64,000 bases of DNA from Patescibacteria group bacterium (lineage in GTDB: Bacteria > Patescibacteriota > Minisyncoccia > Phycocordibacterales > Phycocordibacteraceae), in the NCBI GenBank assembly GCA_019744845.1, contig JAIETW010000001.1, forward strand, positions 12,623 to 76,622, read 5' to 3'. Below the pieces are notes generated by a model that was not told the origin of the DNA, made no database searches, and saw only the letters and a program-made list of their open reading frames with translations. The position numbers were made by a program, and so were the translations under genes. Each line of letters opens with the position of its first letter. Position 1 is the first letter of the stretch. Of this stretch, positions 28,978 to 36,909 are shown piece after piece.

Positions 28978-29571
28978 ATGATTGTGATTGATATTGAAGC
29001 CACAGGGGTAAACCCGCAAAAGAACTCCATCGTCTCTTTAGGGGCACTTGATCTGGATAATCCAGAGAATCAGTTCTATGACGAATGTCGGGTGTGGGAG
29101 GGTGCGCACGTAGAAACAAAAGCACTTGCCGTAAATGGCTTCTCAGAAGAAGAAATTGCTGATCCGACTAAGAAGACAGAGGCGGAGCTCGTGAAGGCTT
29201 TTATCGCGTGGGCTATGGATAGGGTAGAGGAGCGTACCATTGCCGCGCAGAATGTGTCCTTTGATCACGACATGCTCCGTATGGCCTGTCAGCGGGCAGG
29301 GATAGAGTTCCCGTTTGCAAAGCGCACCATAGATGTTCATACCCTCGTCTGGACGCACATGAAGGTGAAAGGGAAGATTCCACCCGTTGCGCACAATCAC
29401 TCTGCAATTGATATGACCTATGCACTTTCATATTGCGGTCTTCCACCAGAGCCACGTCCGCACAATGCGCTTACCGGCGCCTTCTGTCATGCAGAAGTCA
29501 TTTCTCGCATAGCGTATAATAGGAAACTACTACCAGATTTTGATACGTACGATATTCCATGGATGAGCTAA
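28978..29571 (+). CDS. DEDDh 3'-5' exonuclease (DnaQ/RNase T-like)
   Basis: Exo I 'VIDIEATG', Exo II 'AQNVSFDHDML', Exo III 'HNALTGAFCHAE'. Confidence 0.8.
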   Translation: MIVIDIEATGVNPQKNSIVSLGALDLDNPENQFYDECRVWEGAHVETKALAVNGFSEEEIADPTKKTEAELVKAFIAWAMDRVEERTIAAQNVSFDHDMLRMACQRAGIEFPFAKRTIDVHTLVWTHMKVKGKIPPVAHNHSAIDMTYALSYCGLPPEPRPHNALTGAFCHAEVISRIAYNRKLLPDFDTYDIPWMS

Positions 29572-30347
29572 ACAAAGACGGGCGAAGCATTGTGCCGCCA
29601 GTGAAGAATCACACGGCAAGCAAGGAGGAGCATCATGAGCGCATGCAGGAAGCGCTTCTTCACGCCGTAAAGAAAGGGAAGGACGAGGTCACAGAAGAAT
29701 ACAAGCCACTTGTCTGTAAGCCTCGCCAGCTTGAGTCCTGGCGCATCTTTAAGATCATGTCCGAGTTCGTGGAAGGATTTGAGATCCTTGCGAAGTACGG
29801 TCTTGCCGCAAGCTTCTTTGGAAGCGCACGTGCCGGCTTTGGGGACGCGATTTCACAAGCAGCGACTGATCTTGCAGGAAAACTTGCGAAGCGTGGGTTT
29901 GCCATCATCACTGGAGGCTCAAGCGGCATCATGGAGGCAGCTAACAAAGGCGCCTTTGAAGCAGGAGGGGCCTCAGTAGGTCTCAACATTCGTTTGTCAG
30001 ACAACCAAGGATTGAATGACTACCTTACGGACTCCATGACCTTTGATCACTTCTTTGTGCGTAAGACCATGCTCTCCTTTGCCTCGGAGGTGTACATCTT
30101 CTTCCCGGGAGGATACGGCACGCTTGATGAATTCTTTGAGATTGCAACTCTCGTGCAAACAAAGAAGATTAATAAGATCCCGATTGTCCTCTACGGTGCC
30201 GAGTATTGGGGTCCAATCACCAAACAGTTTGAGGAGCAGCTTCTAAAGAAGTATGGGGCGATTAGTCCTGAAGATCTAGATATATACACTGTCGTAGACT
30301 CAGTAGACGAGGCGTTTGACTACATCGTTGAAAACGTAAAGTGTTGA
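29559..30347 (+). CDS. LOG-family protein (TIGR00730; cytokinin riboside 5'-monophosphate phosphoribohydrolase-like)
   Basis: 'AIITGGSSGIMEAANKGA' and 'PGGYGTLDEFFE' LOG signatures. Overlaps the exonuclease gene by 13 nt. Confidence 0.8.
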   Translation: MDELNKDGRSIVPPVKNHTASKEEHHERMQEALLHAVKKGKDEVTEEYKPLVCKPRQLESWRIFKIMSEFVEGFEILAKYGLAASFFGSARAGFGDAISQAATDLAGKLAKRGFAIITGGSSGIMEAANKGAFEAGGASVGLNIRLSDNQGLNDYLTDSMTFDHFFVRKTMLSFASEVYIFFPGGYGTLDEFFEIATLVQTKKINKIPIVLYGAEYWGPITKQFEEQLLKKYGAISPEDLDIYTVVDSVDEAFDYIVENVKC

Positions 30348-30348
30348 T

Positions 30349-31164
30349 ATGAGCGGACAGGAGCAAAACGGAGGGGCTCCAAAAAAAGAACGGAAGACCA
30401 CTCCCGAGTATGCTCCGAAGGACATCACCGAACTTCTGTTCTGGTCCTTCCATATGTCGCAGGGGAGTGGGCTTAATCTTGAGGCGCCGACTCTGGTGCA
30501 CGCACGAATATTCCCCGCGCTCTTTGCGCTTAATCCTAAGCTCCCCGCAGCGATACGGCAGTGGATGAAAGTGAATAAGTGGGACAATGAACTTCTTTCT
30601 CGTGATTTTCAGGATGAGGATTGGACAGATGACTCTCGTTTGATAAACGATCGGATTGTAGAGGAGTATGTGCAGCGAGTGTACAACTACCGAGAGAATC
30701 CTGTGGCACATGCGCAGGGAAACCTAGATATGGAAGTAGATCATCGTGCAGAGGCGTATAAAGCACTTCAGGCACTCTTGAAGGCAGCAAGGGATTTTAG
30801 TCCACAGAGTGGAGAGCGAGATATTCAAATTAAGAATCTGGCACCTCTGATCATCCACCGGGATATTGAACTTCTTGAGCAGATAGAGATGCCTGATCCT
30901 TTGTCTATCGTGCAGGGGACAGAAGGGAATAGACTGAGGCAACTCAAGGGATATTCCATGTTCTGCTTGCTCGCACTTTCTGAGAAGAGGGAAGAGGTGC
31001 GAGGGTTTTTACCTCCTGAGTATCAGGAGCTTTGGGAAGAGATGGGAACGTATGTCCGGGAGCAGTATGACGCTCTTCCAGAGGGAGTGAAAGACAAGCT
31101 TGTGCTCCTTACACAGAAGTTCAAGGAAACCACAGGAGAGGAGATTGTGCTTGAGGCAAAGTAG
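30349..31164 (+). CDS. hypothetical protein (271 aa)
   Basis: Begins 2 nt after the LOG stop. No known motif. Confidence 0.5.
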   Translation: MSGQEQNGGAPKKERKTTPEYAPKDITELLFWSFHMSQGSGLNLEAPTLVHARIFPALFALNPKLPAAIRQWMKVNKWDNELLSRDFQDEDWTDDSRLINDRIVEEYVQRVYNYRENPVAHAQGNLDMEVDHRAEAYKALQALLKAARDFSPQSGERDIQIKNLAPLIIHRDIELLEQIEMPDPLSIVQGTEGNRLRQLKGYSMFCLLALSEKREEVRGFLPPEYQELWEEMGTYVREQYDALPEGVKDKLVLLTQKFKETTGEEIVLEAK

Positions 31165-31181
31165 ACGTACCCTATACCCAT

Positions 31182-31346
31182 ATGGCACGAGATCTTGCAC
31201 TGGTCATACTTGTAATTGTCGCGCTCTTTGTACTCTTGGGACAGATGTTTCCAGGAGCAACCGTAGAAGAGCTACCAGGAAAGATATGGGAGGGCGTACA
31301 GGGTCCTCCAGAGGATGATCAGGCAACGTCTACAGAAACTAACTAA
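31182..31346 (+). CDS. candidate micropeptide (54 aa, one TM helix, acidic tail)
   Basis: ATG at 31182. 'LALVILVIVALFVLLG' TM helix. Ends 7 nt before the next gene. No obvious SD. Confidence 0.3.
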   Translation: MARDLALVILVIVALFVLLGQMFPGATVEELPGKIWEGVQGPPEDDQATSTETN

Positions 31347-31352
31347 TACACC

Positions 31353-31784
31353 ATGAGTGAATCAGCAGGGAACAATCTTGGATTGAGTTCAGAGGTCGTG
31401 AAGAATGTGTTTGAGGGGCAGGTGTCTGGTGCGCAGGCACAGATACTTCAGAATGCTGAGATAGAGCGATCCAGACTCCCCGTGCCGCAAGACGAAGACG
31501 CCATGAAGGCCTTTACCGTAGAAGTGGAATCAACAGTGTTTGATCATGATCGTGGTCTTGCGGCGTTTGTGATAAGAAAGTTTTCAAGCGGCATGAATGG
31601 CAGCACAAGTGCTGCCGATCTTGTAGAAGAGCATACGGTATATCTAATAGGAAAGGATGGTGCTCCACCGCGCGCAGTTAAATCCATACGAACCCATTTC
31701 TTTCCACGAGGAAGAAAGTCTCTCGTCGTCACTGGTATAGATGAGAAGGGGGAACCAGTTCTCAAAGAGACGGATAAAGTCTAA
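31353..31784 (+). CDS. hypothetical protein (143 aa)
   Basis: Clean ORF; the stop overlaps the next ATG (TAATG). Confidence 0.5.
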   Translation: MSESAGNNLGLSSEVVKNVFEGQVSGAQAQILQNAEIERSRLPVPQDEDAMKAFTVEVESTVFDHDRGLAAFVIRKFSSGMNGSTSAADLVEEHTVYLIGKDGAPPRAVKSIRTHFFPRGRKSLVVTGIDEKGEPVLKETDKV

Positions 31785-31894
31785 TGACGTTCTACAGGAC
31801 CTTCGCGCTTCTCGTCATTGCAATTACGTTAGGGTATTTCTTTTGGGAGGAGATTCTTGCAGCGTTTGCGCAGATCTTGAGCTTCACTACGTAG
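31784..31894 (+). CDS. candidate micropeptide (36 aa, one TM helix)
   Basis: ATG overlaps the upstream TAA in a TAATG arrangement. 'FALLVIAITLGYFFW' hydrophobic helix. Confidence 0.35.
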   Translation: MTFYRTFALLVIAITLGYFFWEEILAAFAQILSFTT

Positions 31895-31910
31895 TGGTAC
31901 ACTTTCTTGT

Positions 31911-32240
31911 ATGAGTGAAAACGCACCCCTTGGGTCTATAGATAAGCTGACAAAAGACATCATTGAAAACACTGTCATAGAGTGGATGAACAAGTATGCG
32001 CTTACTGACAGTAACCTCGCGATACAGAACTATGATGATCCTGAGCAGATCAAGACGTGGGTGAGGGGAGTGTGGGGAAGGATTAAGCACCAGCTAGATG
32101 ACTCAGGCTTTCCGACAGGAGGAAAGAACATCATGAGCATTGCGGGGTACTACTTCCACGATCAGATTAAAGGTCATCCGCGGTATGAGGCACTGAAGCC
32201 ACATCTGCCTCAGGAGGTGCTTTTGTATGATGGGCTATAA
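31911..32240 (+). CDS. hypothetical protein (109 aa)
   Basis: Last gene of the co-directional block. No known motif. Confidence 0.5.
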   Translation: MSENAPLGSIDKLTKDIIENTVIEWMNKYALTDSNLAIQNYDDPEQIKTWVRGVWGRIKHQLDDSGFPTGGKNIMSIAGYYFHDQIKGHPRYEALKPHLPQEVLLYDGL

Positions 32241-32447
32241 GAAAAGAGTGGGGGAGTCACCTTTCTTTATTAACTAAGGATAGTGTATTTAAAATTACCC
32301 GGTCTTCCCTTCAGGGCAGGGAATCCCTTCTCTCTTGTCGTATCACAGGAAGGTTACTTACCAGTTTATAAAGAAACATATCTACCAAAAGTTCTTTCGC
32401 GGTGGGTCGTTAGGGAAGGATAGGTCGTGTTCTAATTCTTCATGGTT

Positions 32448-32511
32448 CCTAGGCATCCCGGTAGAACGAGCTACACTTCGCACAATATATCTTTTGCGAA
32501 GTACGCCTAGG
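32448..32511. ncRNA. nested-hairpin structure inside a 285-bp spacer between convergent genes (candidate structured RNA; strand unknown)
   Basis: cctaggc ... acttcgc-(14 nt)-gcgaagt ... gcctagg. No flanking T-tract, so it is not a canonical terminator. Confidence 0.2.
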
Positions 32512-32524
32512 GCAAAGCCGGAGC

Positions 32525-33583
32525 TTAGCGCGTCAACGTAAAGGCTGTTCCTCGTATTGGGAATGTCCCCTTCACCGCCGCATTCGTGTCTACAGAAGCG
32601 ACATCTAGCATTAGATTCTTCCCTGCGTACAAGCCACTATTCCGGCTTATAAGGGCTTTTATAGTGAATATGCGTATCTGACCAGGGCTCAAAGAGGCTT
32701 CTAGAGGCACATATGCCTTAGATCCTTTAAATGCCTTGAATCCTTCAGAGCCTCCTATGGTAGTTCTAGATCCTCCTTTGTCGTCATTAGTGCTAAATCC
32801 TATGATTACATCTGTAGACGCAGATCCATTCTGTATAAGCTCAAAACCTTTTATTTGAGCCATTTCCTTACTCGTGTTGACGAGTTTTATATAAGAAACT
32901 GGGATAGACGAGCCTGGGGTAGCGTTACCGCCCATAAGAAGCGGAACCTGGGAGATGGATACAGCACCCAAGGTCTTTGATGATCCTTTTTCCGGAACGG
33001 TAAAGCTCGCACTAGTGAGAGTATTCAGTTTACGACCTTCCTTCCCTGTCAGAGTTATATCGTAGGAGCCAGGGACCAACTTTTTTGTCACACTCGCCTT
33101 CCAGACGCCTTTTGTGACCTTTGCAGTCTTTTTGTAGACCTGGTCGCCCTCTTCGTCTTTTATAGTAACCGTCACTGACTTCGTATCTGCGGTACCACGA
33201 ATAGTGGGCTTCTCAGGCTTCTTAGTGATGGAAGCAAGATCAATACTTGCCGTGCGAGAGATGAACGATACGCCACAAGTAGCACGATCATTGTTCCAGA
33301 TGAAATCGTATGAGTATGATACGGACTGATTTGTGGGAACGGTAACCATTCCGAATACCGGCACGACGTTTCCATTTTTATCAGTGGCACGTTGTGCGTT
33401 CTGTCCATTCCACATGAACATAACAACTTCGTCTTTCTGCAAAGTCACTTCCTGTGCGGGGGTGGTAATTTCTACTGTCCCACGCGGCGTGAAGACGGTG
33501 ATCATGCATGATGGCGTTGCGGCTGACGCGCTAAATGGTGCGAGAAGAAGCACTGACGCAAATGCGAATAGAGAAAGTTTCAT
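32525..33583 (-). CDS. secreted beta-rich (Ig-like?) protein with signal peptide
   Basis: 'MKLSLFAFASVLLLAPFSASAATPS' signal peptide, then Thr/Ser/Val/Lys-rich beta-strand-like repeats. The track ORF begins at an upstream TTG (33637) that lies inside the terminator. Confidence 0.6.
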   Translation of the reverse strand: MKLSLFAFASVLLLAPFSASAATPSCMITVFTPRGTVEITTPAQEVTLQKDEVVMFMWNGQNAQRATDKNGNVVPVFGMVTVPTNQSVSYSYDFIWNNDRATCGVSFISRTASIDLASITKKPEKPTIRGTADTKSVTVTIKDEEGDQVYKKTAKVTKGVWKASVTKKLVPGSYDITLTGKEGRKLNTLTSASFTVPEKGSSKTLGAVSISQVPLLMGGNATPGSSIPVSYIKLVNTSKEMAQIKGFELIQNGSASTDVIIGFSTNDDKGGSRTTIGGSEGFKAFKGSKAYVPLEASLSPGQIRIFTIKALISRNSGLYAGKNLMLDVASVDTNAAVKGTFPIRGTAFTLTR

Positions 33584-33638
33584 AGGAGTAAGTATACGTG
33601 AGTGATAAATGGTCGCTTCATGAAGGAATGAAAACAAA

Positions 33639-33661
33639 AACTCCCGATACGTTCGGGAGTT
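33639..33661 (-). terminator. intrinsic terminator after the 78-aa secreted-protein gene (minus strand; A/T tracts on both sides)
   Basis: Minus-strand reading: aaactcccga-acgta-tcgggagttt followed by TTGTTTT. Confidence 0.7.
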
Positions 33662-33679
33662 TAAGCAGTTCCAAAAACG

Positions 33680-33916
33680 TTAGGTACCAGGAACGTCGTC
33701 GCCAATGATCGCTGAATCATCAGCTCCGCTCACCAACATCACGCCACTGCGGACGTGGAGGTTTGGCGCCGTTTTAAGCGCCTGATCGGCATTCGTTGCA
33801 TCAGTGGTCATCACTTCGCCCGCTACGTTCACATAGGCATACATTGCGGCGTAGGTAGCTGCGGGTAGTGCGACTACCGATGCTGCTACGAACGCTCCAA
33901 GAATCAGTGTTTTCAT
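33680..33916 (-). CDS. small secreted protein (78 aa precursor)
   Basis: Signal peptide 'MKTLILGAFVAASVVALPAATYA', mature part about 55 aa. Confidence 0.5.
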   Translation of the reverse strand: MKTLILGAFVAASVVALPAATYAAMYAYVNVAGEVMTTDATNADQALKTAPNLHVRSGVMLVSGADDSAIIGDDVPGT

Positions 33917-33998
33917 ATCGTTACATGAATTTCGGCTTATAAGGAGGTGCTCCAGTAGCTACCATACCTTAAAGCTCATGAGAACTAGATGAAGAGAT

Positions 33999-34256
33999 TC
34001 ATGAACCCTGAGCCTCTCCAAGGTGTCGGGTGAAGTGCTTTTTGATGGTGGAATCTAGCGCTCGGTTGAACTCTATGGCGTGCTTTGGGGATAGGACTAC
34101 CTCTGCAACGAGTTGGCCCTGGGTTGTATTGGGACGGACAAAGGCAAATTGCATCACGACAGAATCATCTGATACATTCACTTGCGCCACATTAGAAAAG
34201 TTTGGGCGAGCATCTTCAGGAATGCGGATGACAACTTTTTTCTTTTCCTCGTCCAT
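33999..34256 (-). CDS. DUF3467-like small protein (85 aa)
   Basis: 'VVIRIPEDARPNFSNVAQVNVSDDSVVMQFAFVRP...VVLSPKHAIEFNRAL' follows the DUF3467 pattern as I remember it. Confidence 0.5.
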   Translation of the reverse strand: MDEEKKKVVIRIPEDARPNFSNVAQVNVSDDSVVMQFAFVRPNTTQGQLVAEVVLSPKHAIEFNRALDSTIKKHFTRHLGEAQGS

Positions 34257-34259
34257 GTA

Positions 34260-34454
34260 TTACCAGAGATTACGAATAGAGTCCCAAAGATCTTCAGCCC
34301 ACGCGGAGATGATGTCCCATCCGGCATTCAACATCTGGGTAAGGAAGGAAACGTTATCCTGGTTGGTAGGACTGTCTACAAGTCCACGAAGAGAAATGCC
34401 AAAAAAGGAGAGGGCGAGAAGACCCACAATGATCCAAATGATGAGACGTGTCAT
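34260..34454 (-). CDS. small membrane protein (64 aa, N-terminal TM helix)
   Basis: 'LIIWIIVGLLALSFFGI' helix followed by a Trp-rich amphipathic tail. Stop is 4 nt before the DUF3467 gene. Confidence 0.4.
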   Translation of the reverse strand: MTRLIIWIIVGLLALSFFGISLRGLVDSPTNQDNVSFLTQMLNAGWDIISAWAEDLWDSIRNLW

Positions 34455-34516
34455 GAAGGGATTATAGCCGTCCTTGGGGGTGGCGGGAAGGTGCCTCTGG
34501 GTATAGCCTAGAGCCT

Positions 34517-35146
34517 ATGGACCCACAGGTGACCGCGGCATTCAAACACTGGAAGGAGAGTGACCCCGTCCTGTATAAGGCAGCACTTCCCTTCAGATCT
34601 AGTCTTGCCGAGAAACGAAAACGTCGTGTGGGAAACTCTACTCTTTTTTCTGCGCTCGCAAGCTCAGTGGTAAGTCAGCAGCTTGCAACCAAAGCAGCCG
34701 ATAGTATTTGGGAGCGTGTCCGAAAGACCTGCGGCGGGAAAGTAACCCCAGAGACTATTTCAAAGACCCGACTCCCCCGTTTACGTGCCGCCGGTCTTTC
34801 TGCCGCAAAAGCAAAGACACTGAAAGAACTTGCGAAGGCAGTGAAGAATGGATTGGATCTTTCAACACTTGCGCGTGCGACGAAAGAAGACGCGACCGAG
34901 CGTCTTACGGTGATTTGGGGTATTGGTCCCTGGACCTGCGAAATGTTCTTGATGTTTGCGGCAGGACACCCCGACATCTTTTCTCCACGAGACCTTGGAC
35001 TCGTACGAAGTATGGAAACACTCTATGGACTCAAGCGTGGAACTTCTGTGAAAAAACTAGAAATGATCTCACTCAAGTGGTCACCGTATCGCACACTCGC
35101 CTGCCGTGTACTCTGGCGAAGCCGAGATTCACTTAAGAACAATTAG
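34517..35146 (+). CDS. HhH-GPD base-excision DNA glycosylase (AlkA/3-methyladenine glycosylase II-like)
   Basis: 'LTVIWGIGPWTCEMFLMF' helix-hairpin-helix region and a catalytic Asp in 'SPRDLGL'. Confidence 0.75.
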   Translation: MDPQVTAAFKHWKESDPVLYKAALPFRSSLAEKRKRRVGNSTLFSALASSVVSQQLATKAADSIWERVRKTCGGKVTPETISKTRLPRLRAAGLSAAKAKTLKELAKAVKNGLDLSTLARATKEDATERLTVIWGIGPWTCEMFLMFAAGHPDIFSPRDLGLVRSMETLYGLKRGTSVKKLEMISLKWSPYRTLACRVLWRSRDSLKNN

Positions 35147-35551
35147 CACGGTCCCAATCACGGTGAGTACGACACCGAGCATACTCTTCCAGGTAAGAGC
35201 TTCTCCAAGAAATATCGCTGCAGCGATAATGACTATGACGACACTGAGTTTATCTATCACTGCCACTGCACCGGCAGGTCCGGCCTTAAGTGCCATGAAG
35301 TAAAGAATCCAGGAGGCTGCACCGGCAAGTGCGGCAAGTACGATAAACAACCATGCCTTTCCACCCCATGAGGCTGGATCAAACCCATTCCACTTTCCAA
35401 ACAAGAAACCAGAGATGACCAATATCACGGCCATGATCACACCGCGGACGATCGTCGCAAGTGTCGGATCTATCTCCTTAAGACCTATCTTTCCAAAGAT
35501 CGCGACAAAGGCAGCGGCAACTGCCGATCCCGCAGCAAGAAGCATCCACAT
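35129..35551 (-). CDS. single EamA-domain (4-TM) DMT-family membrane protein
   Basis: 140 aa, four hydrophobic helices. Confidence 0.6.
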   Translation of the reverse strand: MWMLLAAGSAVAAAFVAIFGKIGLKEIDPTLATIVRGVIMAVILVISGFLFGKWNGFDPASWGGKAWLFIVLAALAGAASWILYFMALKAGPAGAVAVIDKLSVVIVIIAAAIFLGEALTWKSMLGVVLTVIGTVLIVLK

Positions 35552-35552
35552 A

Positions 35553-36017
35553 CTAGGCGTTCAAAAGATAAACGGTGTAATTAAGATACGCAGCGTAGAA
35601 CACCCATACGGTGTATGGAAGAAGCAGCAATGCAGCTTTCTTAGACTTTGGGAATATAAGTGCTATGAGACCAAGCATAGAGATACCAAGCACTACCGCG
35701 CACCACACGGCCGCAGGAAGTACATGCAAGTGAAAGAACACGACACTCCAGACGAGGTTAATGAGTGTGCTCAAGGTAAACCCGCCCATGATCCACTTAA
35801 AGCGCGCATCGCGTGGCATGGTATTCCAGACCACAAGGAGTGACCAGGCGGCACCGATATAGATCGCAATCCAGATTGCGCCGATGAGTGTTTCAGACGG
35901 ATGCCACACTGGGAGCGCGAGCGTCTGATACCACGCAACACCACCACCAGTAATGACGCTTCCAAAAATCACGATCAGGAGCGCGAGATACGGAATCAAA
36001 AGATGGTTTATTTTCAT
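35553..36017 (-). CDS. tspO: TspO/MBR family tryptophan-rich sensory protein (copy 1)
   Basis: 'WYQTLALPVWHPSETLIGAIWIAIY' and terminal 'LNYTVYLLN', 5 TM. Confidence 0.8.
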   Translation of the reverse strand: MKINHLLIPYLALLIVIFGSVITGGGVAWYQTLALPVWHPSETLIGAIWIAIYIGAAWSLLVVWNTMPRDARFKWIMGGFTLSTLINLVWSVVFFHLHVLPAAVWCAVVLGISMLGLIALIFPKSKKAALLLLPYTVWVFYAAYLNYTVYLLNA

Positions 36018-36418
36018 GCAGAAAGATCGTCAGTAGTGACTCCATCAAAGTGCTCCTCGTCCTGAAGAGCATCTTCTTTGGTTCTATGTATTGTCGCATC
36101 TTTATGGTGCGATGGGGCGTAGAGTGAGTAGAGTTTCAAGTCCCCTTTTCCTGTGTTCTTTATGTTGTGTCGTACTCCTGCAGGGATAATGACCACGGAA
36201 CCGTTCGTGAGATCTCGCTCCACTCCATCCAAAACACTTTGTCCCTCTCCTTGTTCAAGACGGATGAATTGATCCACGTCATGCACTTCTTCTCCAATGT
36301 CAGTTCCTTCAGGAATGCACATCACGACCAGTTGTGAGTGTTTGGCAGTGTAAAGCACCTGGCGAAAATTCGTATTCGCGAGAGTCGCTTCCTCTATGTT
36401 GGTGACGAAGCCTTTCAT
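36014..36418 (-). CDS. cupin-domain protein
   Basis: 'GTDIGEEVHDVDQFIRLEQGEG...VIIPAGVRHNIKNTG' two-motif cupin signature. Confidence 0.7.
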   Translation of the reverse strand: MKGFVTNIEEATLANTNFRQVLYTAKHSQLVVMCIPEGTDIGEEVHDVDQFIRLEQGEGQSVLDGVERDLTNGSVVIIPAGVRHNIKNTGKGDLKLYSLYAPSHHKDATIHRTKEDALQDEEHFDGVTTDDLSA

Positions 36419-36438
36419 ATGAGTGATGATACTCCTGT

Positions 36439-36906
36439 TCAGTTAAGAATCCAGATACTGTAGTTGAGAAACGCAGCAAAGCTCACCCAGAGAATGTACG
36501 GCACCATAAGAAGCGTGGCCACTTTGGATACCCGATAAAACGCCACCATCGTCGCCACAATAAGCACCCACAGAATCATAATGTTAAGAAACGCGAATCC
36601 TGGGCTCTGAAGCGCGAAGAAGAGAATGGACCATAGACTATTTGCAACCAACTGTGCACCAAAGAGTGTGAGTGCAGTGCGACGAAGGGCTCCACTCCCC
36701 TTCTTCCACACAAGAAAGGCCGCAATACCCATAAGGGTGTACAACAGTGTCCACACAGGACCAAACAACCAAGACGGAGGGTTAAACGAAGGCTTCGTAA
36801 GTTCCAAATACCACCCATCAACCGCGGGCATGACGAAGACGGATCCAATAATTCCTGCAAGCTGTGAGACGAGAATAAAACCAATTGCTTGAAGTGTGTT
36901 TTTCAT
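36439..36906 (-). CDS. tspO: TspO/MBR family protein (copy 2)
   Basis: 'WYLELTKPSFNPPSWLFGPVWTLLY' and terminal 'LNYSIWILN'. Confidence 0.8.
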   Translation of the reverse strand: MKNTLQAIGFILVSQLAGIIGSVFVMPAVDGWYLELTKPSFNPPSWLFGPVWTLLYTLMGIAAFLVWKKGSGALRRTALTLFGAQLVANSLWSILFFALQSPGFAFLNIMILWVLIVATMVAFYRVSKVATLLMVPYILWVSFAAFLNYSIWILN

Positions 36907-36909
36907 AGA

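Noticed and set aside
32335-32541. 68-aa plus-strand ORF inside the 285-bp convergent spacer
   Set aside because: No start context and no motif. It crosses the palindromic structures. More likely non-coding; the region is reported as a candidate RNA element.
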